The notes below the pieces were generated by a model. That model had not been told where the DNA came from. It made no database searches and saw only the letters and a list, made by a program, of their open reading frames with translations. A stretch of 60,502 nucleotides of DNA from the NCBI GenBank assembly GCA_051883775.1, contig JBJEUJ010000113.1:1-60502 (forward strand), written 5' to 3'. This DNA is from Aristaeellaceae bacterium. GTDB lineage: Bacteria; Bacillota; Clostridia; Christensenellales; Aristaeellaceae. Shown here piece after piece: positions 30,634 through 40,891 of this stretch (position 1 is its first letter; the number at the start of each line of letters is the position of its first letter). The translations under genes and the position numbers were made by a program.

Positions 30634-32902
30634 GCTCCTTTGCCTGCTGGCTGCACTGCTTCTCATGCTCCTGCCCGCCGCGGTGGCGGAGGAAGGGGAG
30701 GGCGCGGCTGTGGCTGAGCCCGCCGTGGACGCTGAGGCCGCAGGAGCCGACGAAACGCCTGCGGAGGAGGACAATGGGCTGCCCGAGGGCGTGCCGGAAA
30801 CCTACCGCCTGGTGGTGGAGGGCAGTGAATACAACCTCTACCTGCGGGAGGACAGCATGTCCGTGGTGGTGGAATGCCGGGCCAATGGCGCCCTGATGTT
30901 CTCCGCCGTGGAGGACGCCTCCACCATTTCCTCCTCGGCCCTGGGTCAGGCGCAGAGCGGCGTGGTGATGCAGTATCTGGCCATCGGCTCCTCCAGCATC
31001 TCGCAGGAGACCGTGGATCTGATCTCCACCGGCAATACCCAGGTGCATACCATCGACTATGACTACACTGTGCCCAACGGCTTCAAGGCCACCATCAGCT
31101 ACACCAACCTGGGCATCACCTTCTCGGTGGTGGTGGAGCTGGAGGAGAACGACCTGAAGGTGTCCGTGCCCCGGGAGGAGATCCGGCAGGAGATGTACGG
31201 CAGCTACAGCCTGTCCACCCTGACGCTGTTCCCCTTCATGGGCGCCAGCTACCTGGGCGGGGATACCGGCTACATGCTGGTGCCCGACGGCCAGGGCGCG
31301 CTGATCGAGCTGAAGGACAACGAGAAGCGCTACCGCAGCCTGTACTACGACACCCCCGTGTACGGCAGCAAGATCAAGGACGACAAGAACGGCGCCGGCA
31401 ACAGCCCGACCACCGTCAGCACCGAGCCGGACATCATGCCGGTGTTCGGCATGGCGCACACGGACAAGGGCATCGCCTTCCTGGGCGTGATCGAGCAGGG
31501 CGACCTGGGCGCCAGCATCAGGGCCTATCCCAATGGCGCTGTGAACCTGGCCTATGACCGCACCAGCGCGCTGTTTGAGTACAGCTACCGCTTCACCCAG
31601 ATGATGGGCGCGGCGGCGGGCTCCGGCGGCATGGACGCCCGGCTGCCCGAGCTGCGCAGCTTCGACATTGTGCAGCACTTCCTGTTCCTCTCCGGTGAAG
31701 AGGCTAACTACACCGGCATGGCCGTGGCCTACCGGAACTACCTGGAGGAGCACGGCGCCTTCGCCAGCGCGAGGCTGGACGACTTCGACGTGCAGCTGGA
31801 CGTGCTGGGCCTGGAGAAGGAAAACTTCGTGCTGGGCAAGCAGAACGTGGTGATGACCACCTTCGAGGATGCGGCGGTGATCCTGGCGGATCTGAAGGAA
31901 AAGGGCGCGGGCAGCCTGAGCATGGTGTTCCGCGGCTGGCAGGAGGGCGGCCTGAGCGCAGCCCTGCCCACCGACGACTTCAACCCTGCGGGCGCGCTGG
32001 GCGGCAGCAAGGGCCTCAGGACCCTGCTGGAGGGTGCGGCGAGCCGGAAGATTGACCTCTACCTGGAGGCCGACTTCCTGCGGATGAACGCTGACACGCA
32101 TCCCGTGCTGAGCTACAGCGCCTTCAAGAAGGTGGACAGCCAGACCTGGAGCCGTCCCACCTATGGCGATGTGTACGAAACCATGTACTACCTGACGCCC
32201 TCCAAGAGCCTGGAGATTGGTCAGAGCGTGCTGGAGAAGCTCCGCCAGGGCGGCGTGAAGGGCGTGTCGCTGGTGAGTATCACGTCCTTCCTGTCGGATT
32301 ACTACGAGAACAACGCCGTGCGGGACGCCGTGTCCATGGCGGAGTGCTACAGCCGCCTGTGCCATGCGGCCTCCGGGAGCATGAACGCCCGCCTGAGCGC
32401 GGCCAACGCTTACCTGTGGCCCTGCGCCACCAGCCTGAGCGACCTGCCCATCACCGGCTCGGACTACATCTTCACCACCTGCGACGTGCCCTTCCTGGCC
32501 ATCGCGCTGTCGGGCAGGATTCCCTGCTACGCGGAATATACCAACTTCCAGGCCAACACGAACCGCTTCTTCCTGCGCCTGGTGGAGCAGGGCATCCGTC
32601 CCGCGTTCCTGCTCACCATGGAGGATCCCATCGCGCTGAAGAACACCAACTCCTCCAACATCTACTCCAGCCGCTATGAGCTCTACGGCGACATGATCGT
32701 TTCCTGGAGCCAGGAGCTGGGCGCGCTGCATGAGAAGCTGGACGGCGCCTCCATTGTGGGCCATGAGATGCTGGGCGACATGACCCATGTGACCTGGTCC
32801 AACGGCACGGAGGTCTTCCTCAACTACGGTGAGGACGAGCTGACGCAGGACGGCGTCACGGTGGCATCCATGAGCTATGTGGTCAAGGAAGGAGGAGAGT
32901 AA
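30617..32902 (+). CDS. Secreted DUF5696-like protein of unknown function
   Basis: I prefer the TTG start at 30617 (RBS GGAGAGGTGG at 30598-30607), because it yields a canonical signal peptide 'LRRYKLLCLLAALLLMLLPAAVA'. The track ORF starts at 30575. The family name is recalled from similar five-gene clusters and is unverified. Confidence 0.5.
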   Translation: MLRRYKLLCLLAALLLMLLPAAVAEEGEGAAVAEPAVDAEAAGADETPAEEDNGLPEGVPETYRLVVEGSEYNLYLREDSMSVVVECRANGALMFSAVEDASTISSSALGQAQSGVVMQYLAIGSSSISQETVDLISTGNTQVHTIDYDYTVPNGFKATISYTNLGITFSVVVELEENDLKVSVPREEIRQEMYGSYSLSTLTLFPFMGASYLGGDTGYMLVPDGQGALIELKDNEKRYRSLYYDTPVYGSKIKDDKNGAGNSPTTVSTEPDIMPVFGMAHTDKGIAFLGVIEQGDLGASIRAYPNGAVNLAYDRTSALFEYSYRFTQMMGAAAGSGGMDARLPELRSFDIVQHFLFLSGEEANYTGMAVAYRNYLEEHGAFASARLDDFDVQLDVLGLEKENFVLGKQNVVMTTFEDAAVILADLKEKGAGSLSMVFRGWQEGGLSAALPTDDFNPAGALGGSKGLRTLLEGAASRKIDLYLEADFLRMNADTHPVLSYSAFKKVDSQTWSRPTYGDVYETMYYLTPSKSLEIGQSVLEKLRQGGVKGVSLVSITSFLSDYYENNAVRDAVSMAECYSRLCHAASGSMNARLSAANAYLWPCATSLSDLPITGSDYIFTTCDVPFLAIALSGRIPCYAEYTNFQANTNRFFLRLVEQGIRPAFLLTMEDPIALKNTNSSNIYSSRYELYGDMIVSWSQELGALHEKLDGASIVGHEMLGDMTHVTWSNGTEVFLNYGEDELTQDGVTVASMSYVVKEGGE

Positions 32903-32904
32903 AC

Positions 32905-33888
32905 GTGGCAATGGTCAAGCATCCCCATGAAAGGCGTCACCTGACAAAACGCACGCTGCGGGAGTGGATCTTTGGCTACATCTTCATATCCCCGTGGCTG
33001 GTGGGCGTGAGCATCTTCTTCCTCTATGCCATGGTGCGCTCGCTCATCTTCTCCTTCAACGATCTGCAGCTGGTGGGCATGGTCATCACCCCGCTGAAGG
33101 ACGGCCTGTTCAGCAATTACAGCAAGGTGTTCGCCACGGAAATCAACCTGCCGGTGGTGCTGGCGGAGTTCGCCATCAGCCTGGTGCTGCAGCTGCCCAT
33201 CATCATTTCCTTCGCGCTGATCATCGCACTGCTGCTCAACAGCAAGATCAAGGGCCGGTCCATTTTCCGCCTGATCTTCTTCCTGCCCGTGATCATTGCG
33301 ACCGGCCCCGTGATGGACATGCTGACCGCCCAGGGCGTTGCCAGCGTGCCCATGGTGGGCACCGACGCCATTGCCTCGGTGCTCTCGAGCCTGCCGGAGT
33401 TTGTGGCGGAGCCCATCAGCGAGCTGTTTTCCTCCCTGATCCTGATCCTGTGGAACGCGGGTATCCAGATTCTCCTGTTCCTGGCGGGCCTGCAGAAGGT
33501 GACCACCACCATGTACGAGGCCGCCAAGATCGACGGCGCCAATGCCTGGGAGACCTTCTGGAAAATCACCCTGCCCAATGTCCGCTCCATCATCCTGCTC
33601 TGCTCCATCTATACCGTGGTGACCCTGGCGACGGGCGGCAACAACGCGGTCATCCAGATGATCTACGACGCCACCTACAGCGCCACCAAGGGCTACAGCT
33701 ACGGCGCGGCCTTCAGCTGGATCTACACCGTGGTCATCATTGTGATTCTGCTGCTGGTGTTCCTGCTGCTGCGTGAAAAGAGCGACAAGAAGATCAAGTA
33801 CGAGGAAAGCCGCAGCGCCCGCGAGGAGCGGCTCAGGCAGCAGGCCGCCGCCAAGGCCGCCAAGGGTGAAAGGGGGATGGCAAAGTGA
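32905..33888 (+). CDS. Carbohydrate ABC transporter permease with Lys/Glu/Ala-rich C-terminal tail
   Basis: GTG at 32905 or ATG at 32911. Multi-TM. EAA loop 'TMYEAAKIDGANAWETFWKITLPNV'. Confidence 0.85.
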   Translation: MAMVKHPHERRHLTKRTLREWIFGYIFISPWLVGVSIFFLYAMVRSLIFSFNDLQLVGMVITPLKDGLFSNYSKVFATEINLPVVLAEFAISLVLQLPIIISFALIIALLLNSKIKGRSIFRLIFFLPVIIATGPVMDMLTAQGVASVPMVGTDAIASVLSSLPEFVAEPISELFSSLILILWNAGIQILLFLAGLQKVTTTMYEAAKIDGANAWETFWKITLPNVRSIILLCSIYTVVTLATGGNNAVIQMIYDATYSATKGYSYGAAFSWIYTVVIIVILLLVFLLLREKSDKKIKYEESRSAREERLRQQAAAKAAKGERGMAK

Positions 33889-34916
33889 GCCGTCAAATGA
33901 AAATGGCCAGCGCCGCGTCCACGGACAAGCTGCCGATGCCGGAGCTGCTGAAGAAGAAGGCTGCCCGCCGGGAATCCGCCAGGAAGCTGCTGCTGGGCAA
34001 CGCGACGAAGCGGGGCCTGCTGGCCAGCATCGCCATCTATGTACTGCTGATTACCATTGCCTTCATCTACCTGTATCCCGTGCTGTACATGCTCTCCCGC
34101 AGCCTGATGGACAAGGCGGATCTGCTGGACACCTCCGTGAAGTGGATTCCCAGCCGGATCAACCTGAAGAACTATCAGGACGCCATGCTGGTCATGGACT
34201 ACGGCGCCAGCCTGTACAAGAACCTGATCCTGGCGGGGCTGCCCACCATCGCCCAGGTGCTGGTCTGCTCCTTTGTGGGGTATGGCTTCGCACGGTACAA
34301 CTTCCCGGGCAAGCTGCTGTGGATGGGCATTCTGGTGCTGTCCTTCCTGCTGCCCACGCAGATCACCTCGCTGCCCAACTATCTGCTGTTCCGCAGCTGG
34401 AGCCTGGCGGACGGCTCCGTCAAGCCGTTCCTGCTCACGGCCATCCTGGGGCAGGGCTTCAAGAGCTCCCTGTGCATCCTGATTTTCTGGAACTTCCACA
34501 ATCAGGTGCCCAAGTCCCTCATCGAGGCCGCGGAGATTGACGGCGCGGGCCACTTCTATTCCTACTTCCGCATCGCCGTGCCGCTGTCCACCGCCGCCAT
34601 CGTGGTGGTTGCGCTGTTCTCCTTTGTGTGGTACTGGAACGACACCTACCTGGTGCGCGAGTATCTGGGCCGCGAGGCGATCTCCAACCGCGGCATCGGC
34701 CTGACCACGCTGATGATCGAGCTGAGCAAGTTCGACTCCAGCTATGGCGCCACCGCGGCCGCCTCCGCAGGCGGCTCCACCTCCGTGGACAAGCTGAGCG
34801 AGGCCATGAAGATGGCCGGTACCATGCTGGCGATTCTGCCCATGCTGATCTTCTACTTCGTGCTGCAGAAGCAGTTCGTGGAGTCCGTGGACCGCGCGGG
34901 CATCACCGGCGAGTAA
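33885..34916 (+). CDS. Carbohydrate ABC transporter permease
   Basis: The GTG start overlaps the upstream stop. EAA loop 'SLIEAAEIDGAGHFYSYFRIAVPLS'. Confidence 0.85.
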   Translation: MSRQMKMASAASTDKLPMPELLKKKAARRESARKLLLGNATKRGLLASIAIYVLLITIAFIYLYPVLYMLSRSLMDKADLLDTSVKWIPSRINLKNYQDAMLVMDYGASLYKNLILAGLPTIAQVLVCSFVGYGFARYNFPGKLLWMGILVLSFLLPTQITSLPNYLLFRSWSLADGSVKPFLLTAILGQGFKSSLCILIFWNFHNQVPKSLIEAAEIDGAGHFYSYFRIAVPLSTAAIVVVALFSFVWYWNDTYLVREYLGREAISNRGIGLTTLMIELSKFDSSYGATAAASAGGSTSVDKLSEAMKMAGTMLAILPMLIFYFVLQKQFVESVDRAGITGE

Positions 34917-34977
34917 GCCGCTTCCCCTGTATCAAAGCCTGCCCGGCTTTTGATAAATCAAGAAGGAGGTATCCTGT

Positions 34978-36414
34978 ATGAAGAAGGTATCCCTGTTCCT
35001 GGTGCTGGTCATGCTGGCGACCATGCTGTCCCTGCCCGCCATGGCGGAGGGGGAATACAGCATGCCCGAGCTGAACACCACCGATCCCATCACCGTGACC
35101 TTCATGACCTGGGACGACTATGAGCTGACGCAGGCTCTGGCGGACAAGTTCATGGAGATGCATCCCAACATCACCATTGAGCTGGTGTATACCACCACCG
35201 GCGACGTCAGCGCCACGCTGCTGAACATGGCGGCTGAGGGCGCGCTGCCGGACGTGTTCTTCTGGCTGGACCTGGATCCCCTGCTGTCCAATCAGATGAT
35301 GATGGACATTACCCAGCTGGTGGAGAACGACGAAGAGTACATGACCCAGCTGTATCCCTCCCTGCAGAACGCGGGCTATGTGGACGGCGAGCGCTGCTTC
35401 TTCATGCCCGGCGAGAACCTGCCTGCGGTTGTGTACCTGGACAAGGGCGTGTTTGACAAGCTGAACGTGGATATGCCCGGTCAGGACTGGACCTGGGAGG
35501 AAATGTGCGAGCTGATTGAGACCATGTCCGATCCCTCCCAGGGCATCTGGGGCTACAACTTCTTCATGGGCCCGGTGACCTGCGGCCCTCTGTCCCTGGT
35601 GGACAACTCCAAGGGCGAGTTCGGTTGGAACGGCGAGAGCTATGACTTCGAGGTGTGGGCCGAGTGCATGGAGCTGCAGAGCGAGTATGCGCGCAAGGGC
35701 TATCAGGCCCTTCAGGGCAGCGATGAGTACCTGGCCGTGGTGCCCGACAACCTGTGGCCCGGCGAGTCCGGCCATGTGGCCATCCAGATGGACGCCTACT
35801 GGACGCTGAACAACATCTACACCCAGGCCTACTGCCTGGAGCGCGGCGTGAACATGGTGCCCTACAACATCCCCGCTGGCGAGGACGTGGAGAATGCGGG
35901 CCGCTTCTCCTGGGTTGACTTCATCTCCATCAGCGCCACCTGCGAGCATCCCCGCGAGGCCTATGAGGTCGCCAAGTTCCTGACCTGGGGCAAGGACGGC
36001 TGGCTGGCCCGTGCTGAGCTGTATCCCACCATCATGAACGAGGCGGGCGAGCCCATCTATCGCGTGCCCGGCTCCATGCCCATGGTGGCCGATGACGAGG
36101 TCATCGCGGCGATGGCTGCCATCATGCCCGAGCTCAAGACCGCTGCCGGTGATGTCTACTGGTACGACTGGGAGGGCTTCCTGGCCAACTGCACCAACCC
36201 CGTGACCTTCGGCGGCCGCACGATCCCCGGCTTCAACAGCTTTATTGCCAACTACTATCATGGCTCTGACTTCAACGGCTACACCGGCATCGAGTCGGCG
36301 ATCAACGCCAACGCGATCAACCTGTGGGACTATGTGGACGATCTGAACACCACTGGCCGCGAGTATTACGACCAGACCATGGAGGTGTTCTTCTCCGTCT
36401 ACGGCCAGCCGTAA
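34978..36414 (+). CDS. ABC transporter extracellular solute-binding protein
   Basis: 478 aa with signal peptide 'LVLVMLATMLSLPAMAEGE'. RBS GAAGGAGG. It has SBP-like composition and follows its two permeases. Confidence 0.85.
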   Translation: MKKVSLFLVLVMLATMLSLPAMAEGEYSMPELNTTDPITVTFMTWDDYELTQALADKFMEMHPNITIELVYTTTGDVSATLLNMAAEGALPDVFFWLDLDPLLSNQMMMDITQLVENDEEYMTQLYPSLQNAGYVDGERCFFMPGENLPAVVYLDKGVFDKLNVDMPGQDWTWEEMCELIETMSDPSQGIWGYNFFMGPVTCGPLSLVDNSKGEFGWNGESYDFEVWAECMELQSEYARKGYQALQGSDEYLAVVPDNLWPGESGHVAIQMDAYWTLNNIYTQAYCLERGVNMVPYNIPAGEDVENAGRFSWVDFISISATCEHPREAYEVAKFLTWGKDGWLARAELYPTIMNEAGEPIYRVPGSMPMVADDEVIAAMAAIMPELKTAAGDVYWYDWEGFLANCTNPVTFGGRTIPGFNSFIANYYHGSDFNGYTGIESAINANAINLWDYVDDLNTTGREYYDQTMEVFFSVYGQP

Positions 36415-36577
36415 CAGGCATTCGCCGCTCTGACGGCGCCAATGGGGGAGGAGAGCGTGGTTCGCCGCGCCCTTCTCCCCTCCGGCATTTTCCGCGGCTT
36501 TCCGGGAGAAAGCGGGGGAAGCTTTTTCCCGGAAGTCCACAGGGCAATCCATCCGGGAAGCACAGGGAGGTAGCGAT

Positions 36578-38542
36578 ATGAGGCGTTGGCTGATGGCGGG
36601 ATTGTGCTGGCTCATGTGCCTGGCGATGGCGGCGGGGGGCGCGGCGGCGGAGGCGGGCACGCTGCGGGTGAACCCGTCGGAGGTGCGGGCGGAAATGAGC
36701 GATACGCTCTACGGCCTGTTCTTCGAGGACATCAACCATGCGGCGGACGGAGGCTTGTACGCGGAGCTGCTGAACAACCGCTCCTTCGAGTACGAGAACC
36801 TGCTGAATCCGCAGCGGTTTGACCATTACACCGGCTGGAGCTTCCGCCTGCTGTCCGAGGGCAAGGGGAAGATCGCGCTCATGGAGGATTCCCCCCTGCA
36901 TGCCAACAACCCCCACTATGTCCGCGTGAGCGTGGAGGAAAGCGGCTACAACGTGGGCAACGGCGGCTACGGCGCCACGGCCATCGCGGGCGGGATCACG
37001 CTCAGCGGCGGGGCGGCCTACGATGTATCGCTGTACCTGCGGGATCAGGGCTATGCGGGTACGGTCACGGCGGCGCTCTGCCTGCGCACCGGCGAGCGGC
37101 TGTCGGACACGGTATCCTTCACCCCCGGGGAGCCATGGACGAAGCATGCCGGCGTGCTGACGGCCCTGCCCGAGGCGGAGGGCAGGAACGCCTATCTGCT
37201 GCTGACCTTTGAGGGCACGGGCGAGGTGGACCTGGACATGGCTTCCCTGATGCTCCGGGAGCGTTTCGGCAGCGACTGGCCCGGCGGCGGTCTGCGCGGC
37301 GATCTGGTGGAGGCGATGGCGGCCCTGTCGCCCAGCTTCCTGCGCTTCCCGGGCGGCTGCGTGGCGGAGGGCTCCTACTACCGGAGCAATTTCTACAATT
37401 GGAAGGACACCGTGGGCCCTGTGGAGCAGCGCCGGGAAAACTACAACACCTGGGGCTACATGCAGTCCTGCGGGCTGGGCTACTATGAGTACTTCTGCCT
37501 GGCGGAGGCCATTGGCGCGCTGCCGCTTCCGGTGGTGCACGCAGGGCTGCTCTGTCAGGCCCGGGAGACCATGGAGGCGCCCATTCCCATGGCGGAGCTG
37601 GACGCGTATGTGCAGGATGTGCTGGATCTGGTCGAGTTCGCCCGGGGCGGCACGGACACGGCGTGGGGCGCGCTGCGGGCGGAGATGGGCCACCCGGAGC
37701 CCTTTGACCTGCGGTATCTGGCCATCGGCAATGAGAACTGGGGCGATGTGTATTTCAACCGCTACGAGGTTATCAGCAAGGCGGTGAAGGAAGCGTGGCC
37801 GGACATGACCACCATTGTGGCGGCCGGCCCGGTGGCGGACAACAGCGCCAGCTGGAGCGCCATTCGCGCCCGCTTCCCCGACAGCATGGCGGATGAGCAC
37901 TACTACATGGACAGCGACTGGTTCCCCGCCCATGTAAAGCGCTACGATACCTATTCCCGGGCCACGAAGGTGTTCCTGGGGGAGTACGCGGCCCATGAGG
38001 AGGCCGTGTCCGGCAAGCGGCCCAACAACCTTTACAGCGCGCTGTGCGAGGCGGCCTACCTGACGGGCATCGAGCGGAACAGCGATGTGGTCAGCATGTG
38101 CTGCTATGCGCCCCTGCTGGCCCGGGAGGGCATGCAGCAGTGGACGCCCGACCTGATCTGGTTCAACGCCACCCAGGTGCTGCTGACCCCGAACTATTAT
38201 GTGCAGCAGATGTTCGCCGCCACGGCAGGAGAGCAGGTGGTGGGGAGCGAATGGAATGGAAGCAGCCAGGTGTATCATGTGGCGACCCGCAAGGGCAGCA
38301 CGCTGTATGTGAAGCTGGTGAACCTTTCCGGGGAGGCCTGCAAGGTCACCCTGGCGCTGCAGGGCGTGCCGGACGGCGCGGGTACGGTGACCCTTCTGGC
38401 TGGGGAGCCGAATGCGCAGAACACCTTTGCCTCGCCGGAGCAGGTGACGCCGGCAACGGCGGCGTGCCAGGTGGCGGAGGAGCAGCTGACGGCGACGCTG
38501 CCTGCCTATGCCGTGTGCATCTGGGCCCTGGCGCTGGAATGA
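36578..38542 (+). CDS. Secreted GH51 alpha-L-arabinofuranosidase (paralogue of 19994..21964)
   Basis: Signal peptide 'MAGLCWLMCLAMAAGGAAAEA'. 'GLFFEDINHAADGGLYAELLNNRSFEY', 'AIGNENWG' and 'VFLGEYAAH' show the same architecture as the first GH51. Confidence 0.85.
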   Translation: MRRWLMAGLCWLMCLAMAAGGAAAEAGTLRVNPSEVRAEMSDTLYGLFFEDINHAADGGLYAELLNNRSFEYENLLNPQRFDHYTGWSFRLLSEGKGKIALMEDSPLHANNPHYVRVSVEESGYNVGNGGYGATAIAGGITLSGGAAYDVSLYLRDQGYAGTVTAALCLRTGERLSDTVSFTPGEPWTKHAGVLTALPEAEGRNAYLLLTFEGTGEVDLDMASLMLRERFGSDWPGGGLRGDLVEAMAALSPSFLRFPGGCVAEGSYYRSNFYNWKDTVGPVEQRRENYNTWGYMQSCGLGYYEYFCLAEAIGALPLPVVHAGLLCQARETMEAPIPMAELDAYVQDVLDLVEFARGGTDTAWGALRAEMGHPEPFDLRYLAIGNENWGDVYFNRYEVISKAVKEAWPDMTTIVAAGPVADNSASWSAIRARFPDSMADEHYYMDSDWFPAHVKRYDTYSRATKVFLGEYAAHEEAVSGKRPNNLYSALCEAAYLTGIERNSDVVSMCCYAPLLAREGMQQWTPDLIWFNATQVLLTPNYYVQQMFAATAGEQVVGSEWNGSSQVYHVATRKGSTLYVKLVNLSGEACKVTLALQGVPDGAGTVTLLAGEPNAQNTFASPEQVTPATAACQVAEEQLTATLPAYAVCIWALALE

Positions 38543-38582
38543 GCCGGACAGGCCCCCATGACAGAATACGATGAGGACAAGC

Positions 38583-39710
38583 ATGAAGAGATCCGGGAGA
38601 GGCTGTCTGCTGCTGATGATGGCGGCGCTGCTGCTGCTGGGAGGCTGCAGCTCGGAGCAGACGCTGGTCAGAAAGGTGAACGAACCGACTGCGCTGGACG
38701 CGGCGGAGGAGCTGAGGATTGTTGAGCAGCCCTGGGACGGAGCGCGGATGCTCGCGCTGGCGCCGGATAATCAGAGCGGCGTGCTGATGGCGGACAGCGG
38801 CGTGCAGGTGCTGCGGGACGGCAGGGCGACGGCGGTGGACATTCCTGCCCAGGCCATGGTGCCCGGCTGCTCCCTGCGCATGGCCTGGTCCCCCAACAGC
38901 CGCTACTGCTGCTACCGTGGGGAGGAGGCATGCTATGTCATTGACCTGGCGCAGGCGCGGGTGGAGCGAATGGAGCCTGTGCTGAGCGCCTGCTTCAATG
39001 CGGATCAGACGACGCTGTGCTATGTCCGGGAAAGGGACGGGGGCAGCACGCTCTACCGGCGCAAGGTGTTCTCCGACGCTGCGGAGGAGCCCCTCCTGCT
39101 GGTGGATGAGCGGGCGGAGGGCGCCATGTACCGCACCACCAAGAGCCAGTATCTGGTGCTGGGGGAGAACCGGCTGCTGTGCCTGGAGCAGGTGAACGCG
39201 GGGCAGCCCTGGCAGACGCGGGTGGTGGCGGATTTCACGCCGTCAGGCATGACGGCCTGCAGCCTGTCCTACCGGGCGCAGACCGCGCTGTGCATTGTCA
39301 GCGGCGTTACGGCGGAAGGGGAGACAGCCTTCTCCGTGGTCAGCCCGGATGGGCAGGACTTTGTCATCGACCAGGTCAGCTGCTTCTCCCCGGTACGGGA
39401 GCCGGTGGTGGAAAACCTGCCCGCCGGCAGCCTGAGCATCCTGGCGGACGAGGCGCAGTATCCTGTCAGCCTCCGCCAGGTTCAGCTGAGCCCGGGCGGG
39501 CTGTATCTGCTGCTGTGGGGCGTGGAGCATGGCCAGTCCGCCATGTATCTGCTCAACCTGGACAAGGGCGGCCTGACGAGCGTCACCCTGCCGGAGCCGC
39601 TGCGGGATCCGGCGATCACCATGGCGGACTGGTGCGCGGGCAAAACGCTGATCCTGGCGGATGACGCGGGCAACGCCGTGCTCTGCAGCGTTACGGGCTG
39701 GGACGACTGA
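38583..39710 (+). CDS. Hypothetical lipoprotein
   Basis: Lipobox 'LLLLGGCSS' when starting at the ATG at 38583 (the ORF opens at 38571). It is beta-rich and no family was recognised. Confidence 0.6.
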   Translation: MKRSGRGCLLLMMAALLLLGGCSSEQTLVRKVNEPTALDAAEELRIVEQPWDGARMLALAPDNQSGVLMADSGVQVLRDGRATAVDIPAQAMVPGCSLRMAWSPNSRYCCYRGEEACYVIDLAQARVERMEPVLSACFNADQTTLCYVRERDGGSTLYRRKVFSDAAEEPLLLVDERAEGAMYRTTKSQYLVLGENRLLCLEQVNAGQPWQTRVVADFTPSGMTACSLSYRAQTALCIVSGVTAEGETAFSVVSPDGQDFVIDQVSCFSPVREPVVENLPAGSLSILADEAQYPVSLRQVQLSPGGLYLLLWGVEHGQSAMYLLNLDKGGLTSVTLPEPLRDPAITMADWCAGKTLILADDAGNAVLCSVTGWDD

Positions 39711-39879
39711 CGGCCTGCCATCAAGGGGCCTGCCTTCTGTGAGCAGCAGACGGCGGGTCCTTTTTGTCCGGCTGATGCCCGCTGCGCGCAGGCCCGGATG
39801 CGCGCTGGGGCCTGCCCATGCTGCGCGGTCATGCCGGATTCCACCGGGCCATGGCATCGGGCGGCAGGGCGCGAAGGGG

Positions 39880-40330
39880 GAGCATGCACCATGGATGTGC
39901 TTCCTGGCCTTCACGTTGATCCCGTTCATGCTCTCCTTTCGGCGTTCCTTTGCGGAGTACAGCGTGCCTTCTGCCGGTCGCTTGAGGGCGGAACGGCAAT
40001 AGCCGCTTGCTCGCCAGGGCCGCCCTGTTCAGCAGGCCCTGGGCGTCACCTTCAGGCGCGCCCTGATCGCGATTCCGCTGCATCGCGGTACGGATGAGCG
40101 TCCTCCAGCCTGGGGCAGCATGGCTTCTCCGTGACCGGCGCACCCATGCTGATTTTCCTCTCCGGCCTCCGGCAGACCCCGAGGAGCTGCTGCGGGGCGA
40201 CGGCGCGTCGGCTCTTCAGGATGACCTTTCCGCCGCTCAGCCCCGCCATGCAGGTGACCGGCGGCCCCATGAACAACACCCATGCTTGCGCCCTGGCCAG
40301 GGTGTTCTGTGAGAACGCGATCAAGTGAGC
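39880..40330 (+). pseudogene. Decayed MalF-type ABC permease remnant (frameshifted/internally deleted)
   Basis: There are fragments in two frames. An N-terminal-like piece is 'WMCFLAFTLIPFMLSF'. An EAA-loop piece is split between frames: 'GAPMLIFLSGLRQTP' and 'PEELLRGDGAS', then 'FRMTFPPLSP'. No intact ORF exists. Confidence 0.45.
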
Positions 40331-40442
40331 GCCACGGGAGAAGCCGGGGCTGTCGCTTTGCAACTGGAGAAATCAGTCAAAACGCGCTGAATGCGAAGAA
40401 GCGGGATCGTCGTGCCTGACAACCCCGCTTGAGCCTGCAGGG

Positions 40443-40477
40443 AAACAAAAAATCCGAACCGGTGACCGGTTCGGATT
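40443..40477 (-). terminator. Minus-strand intrinsic terminator abutting repeat copy 1
   Basis: A perfect 12-bp stem, AATCCGAACCGG-tga-CCGGTTCGGATT (40451-40477). On the minus strand it is followed by UUUUUUGUUU (40443-40452). Confidence 0.6.
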
Positions 40478-40481
40478 TGTG

Positions 40482-40891
40482 CGTGGAGCATAGGGGATTC
40501 GAAGCGCGTCAATGTCTTCCCATGACGTCCATTGATGTCACTTCCGGCATTACTCTGTTTCCAAATAAGGAGATTATATCAATCAGGATCCCATAACATA
40601 CCACATGGTTCATGGTACTGATAATGGTATTTGGTCAGGCTGAAGCAGTCGGGTTCAGTTCAGAATTATCCAATATTGTGCGGGTTATCACCATAGAGCT
40701 GGCCCCCAATACAATACAAAGCGTATCATATGCGCCGAAGACTTTTTGCTTCACATATTTTCCGGACAGATAGATTCGCACACGATATAACCCGGCTGCA
40801 ATATGCGGTTATGGATGACCACGGATCTCGTTGGTTTCAACTGCAGGTCAGTGTTCTGTACCATCCTGAAATGTTCTATACAAGTGCTCCG
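40482..40891. repeat. ~410-bp direct repeat, copy 1 (partner 53563..53973)
   Basis: Hand alignment is collinear from CGTGGAGCA to GTGCTCCG. A 142-nt core (40624-40765 versus 53705-53846) differs at only 5 positions. The flanking blocks are more diverged and include small indels. Confidence 0.85.
40483..40503 (-). other. tRNA 3'-end-like fragment (T-loop to discriminator): att-core candidate, copy 1
   Basis: The minus strand reads TTCGAATCCCCTATGCTCCAC, that is T-loop TTCGAAT, a T-stem 3' arm and an acceptor 3' arm. No complementary T-stem 5' arm and no D or anticodon arms lie upstream, so this is a fragment, not a gene. Confidence 0.5.

Noticed and set aside
39711-39880. Overlapping ORFs in the G+C-rich spacer after the lipoprotein gene (39243..39929 minus, 39482..39892 minus, 39661..40002 plus)
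   Set aside because: They have Arg/Pro/Gly/Ala-rich translations, mutual overlap and no RBS. Only the permease-like fragments further right show any family signal, and these are reported as a pseudogene.
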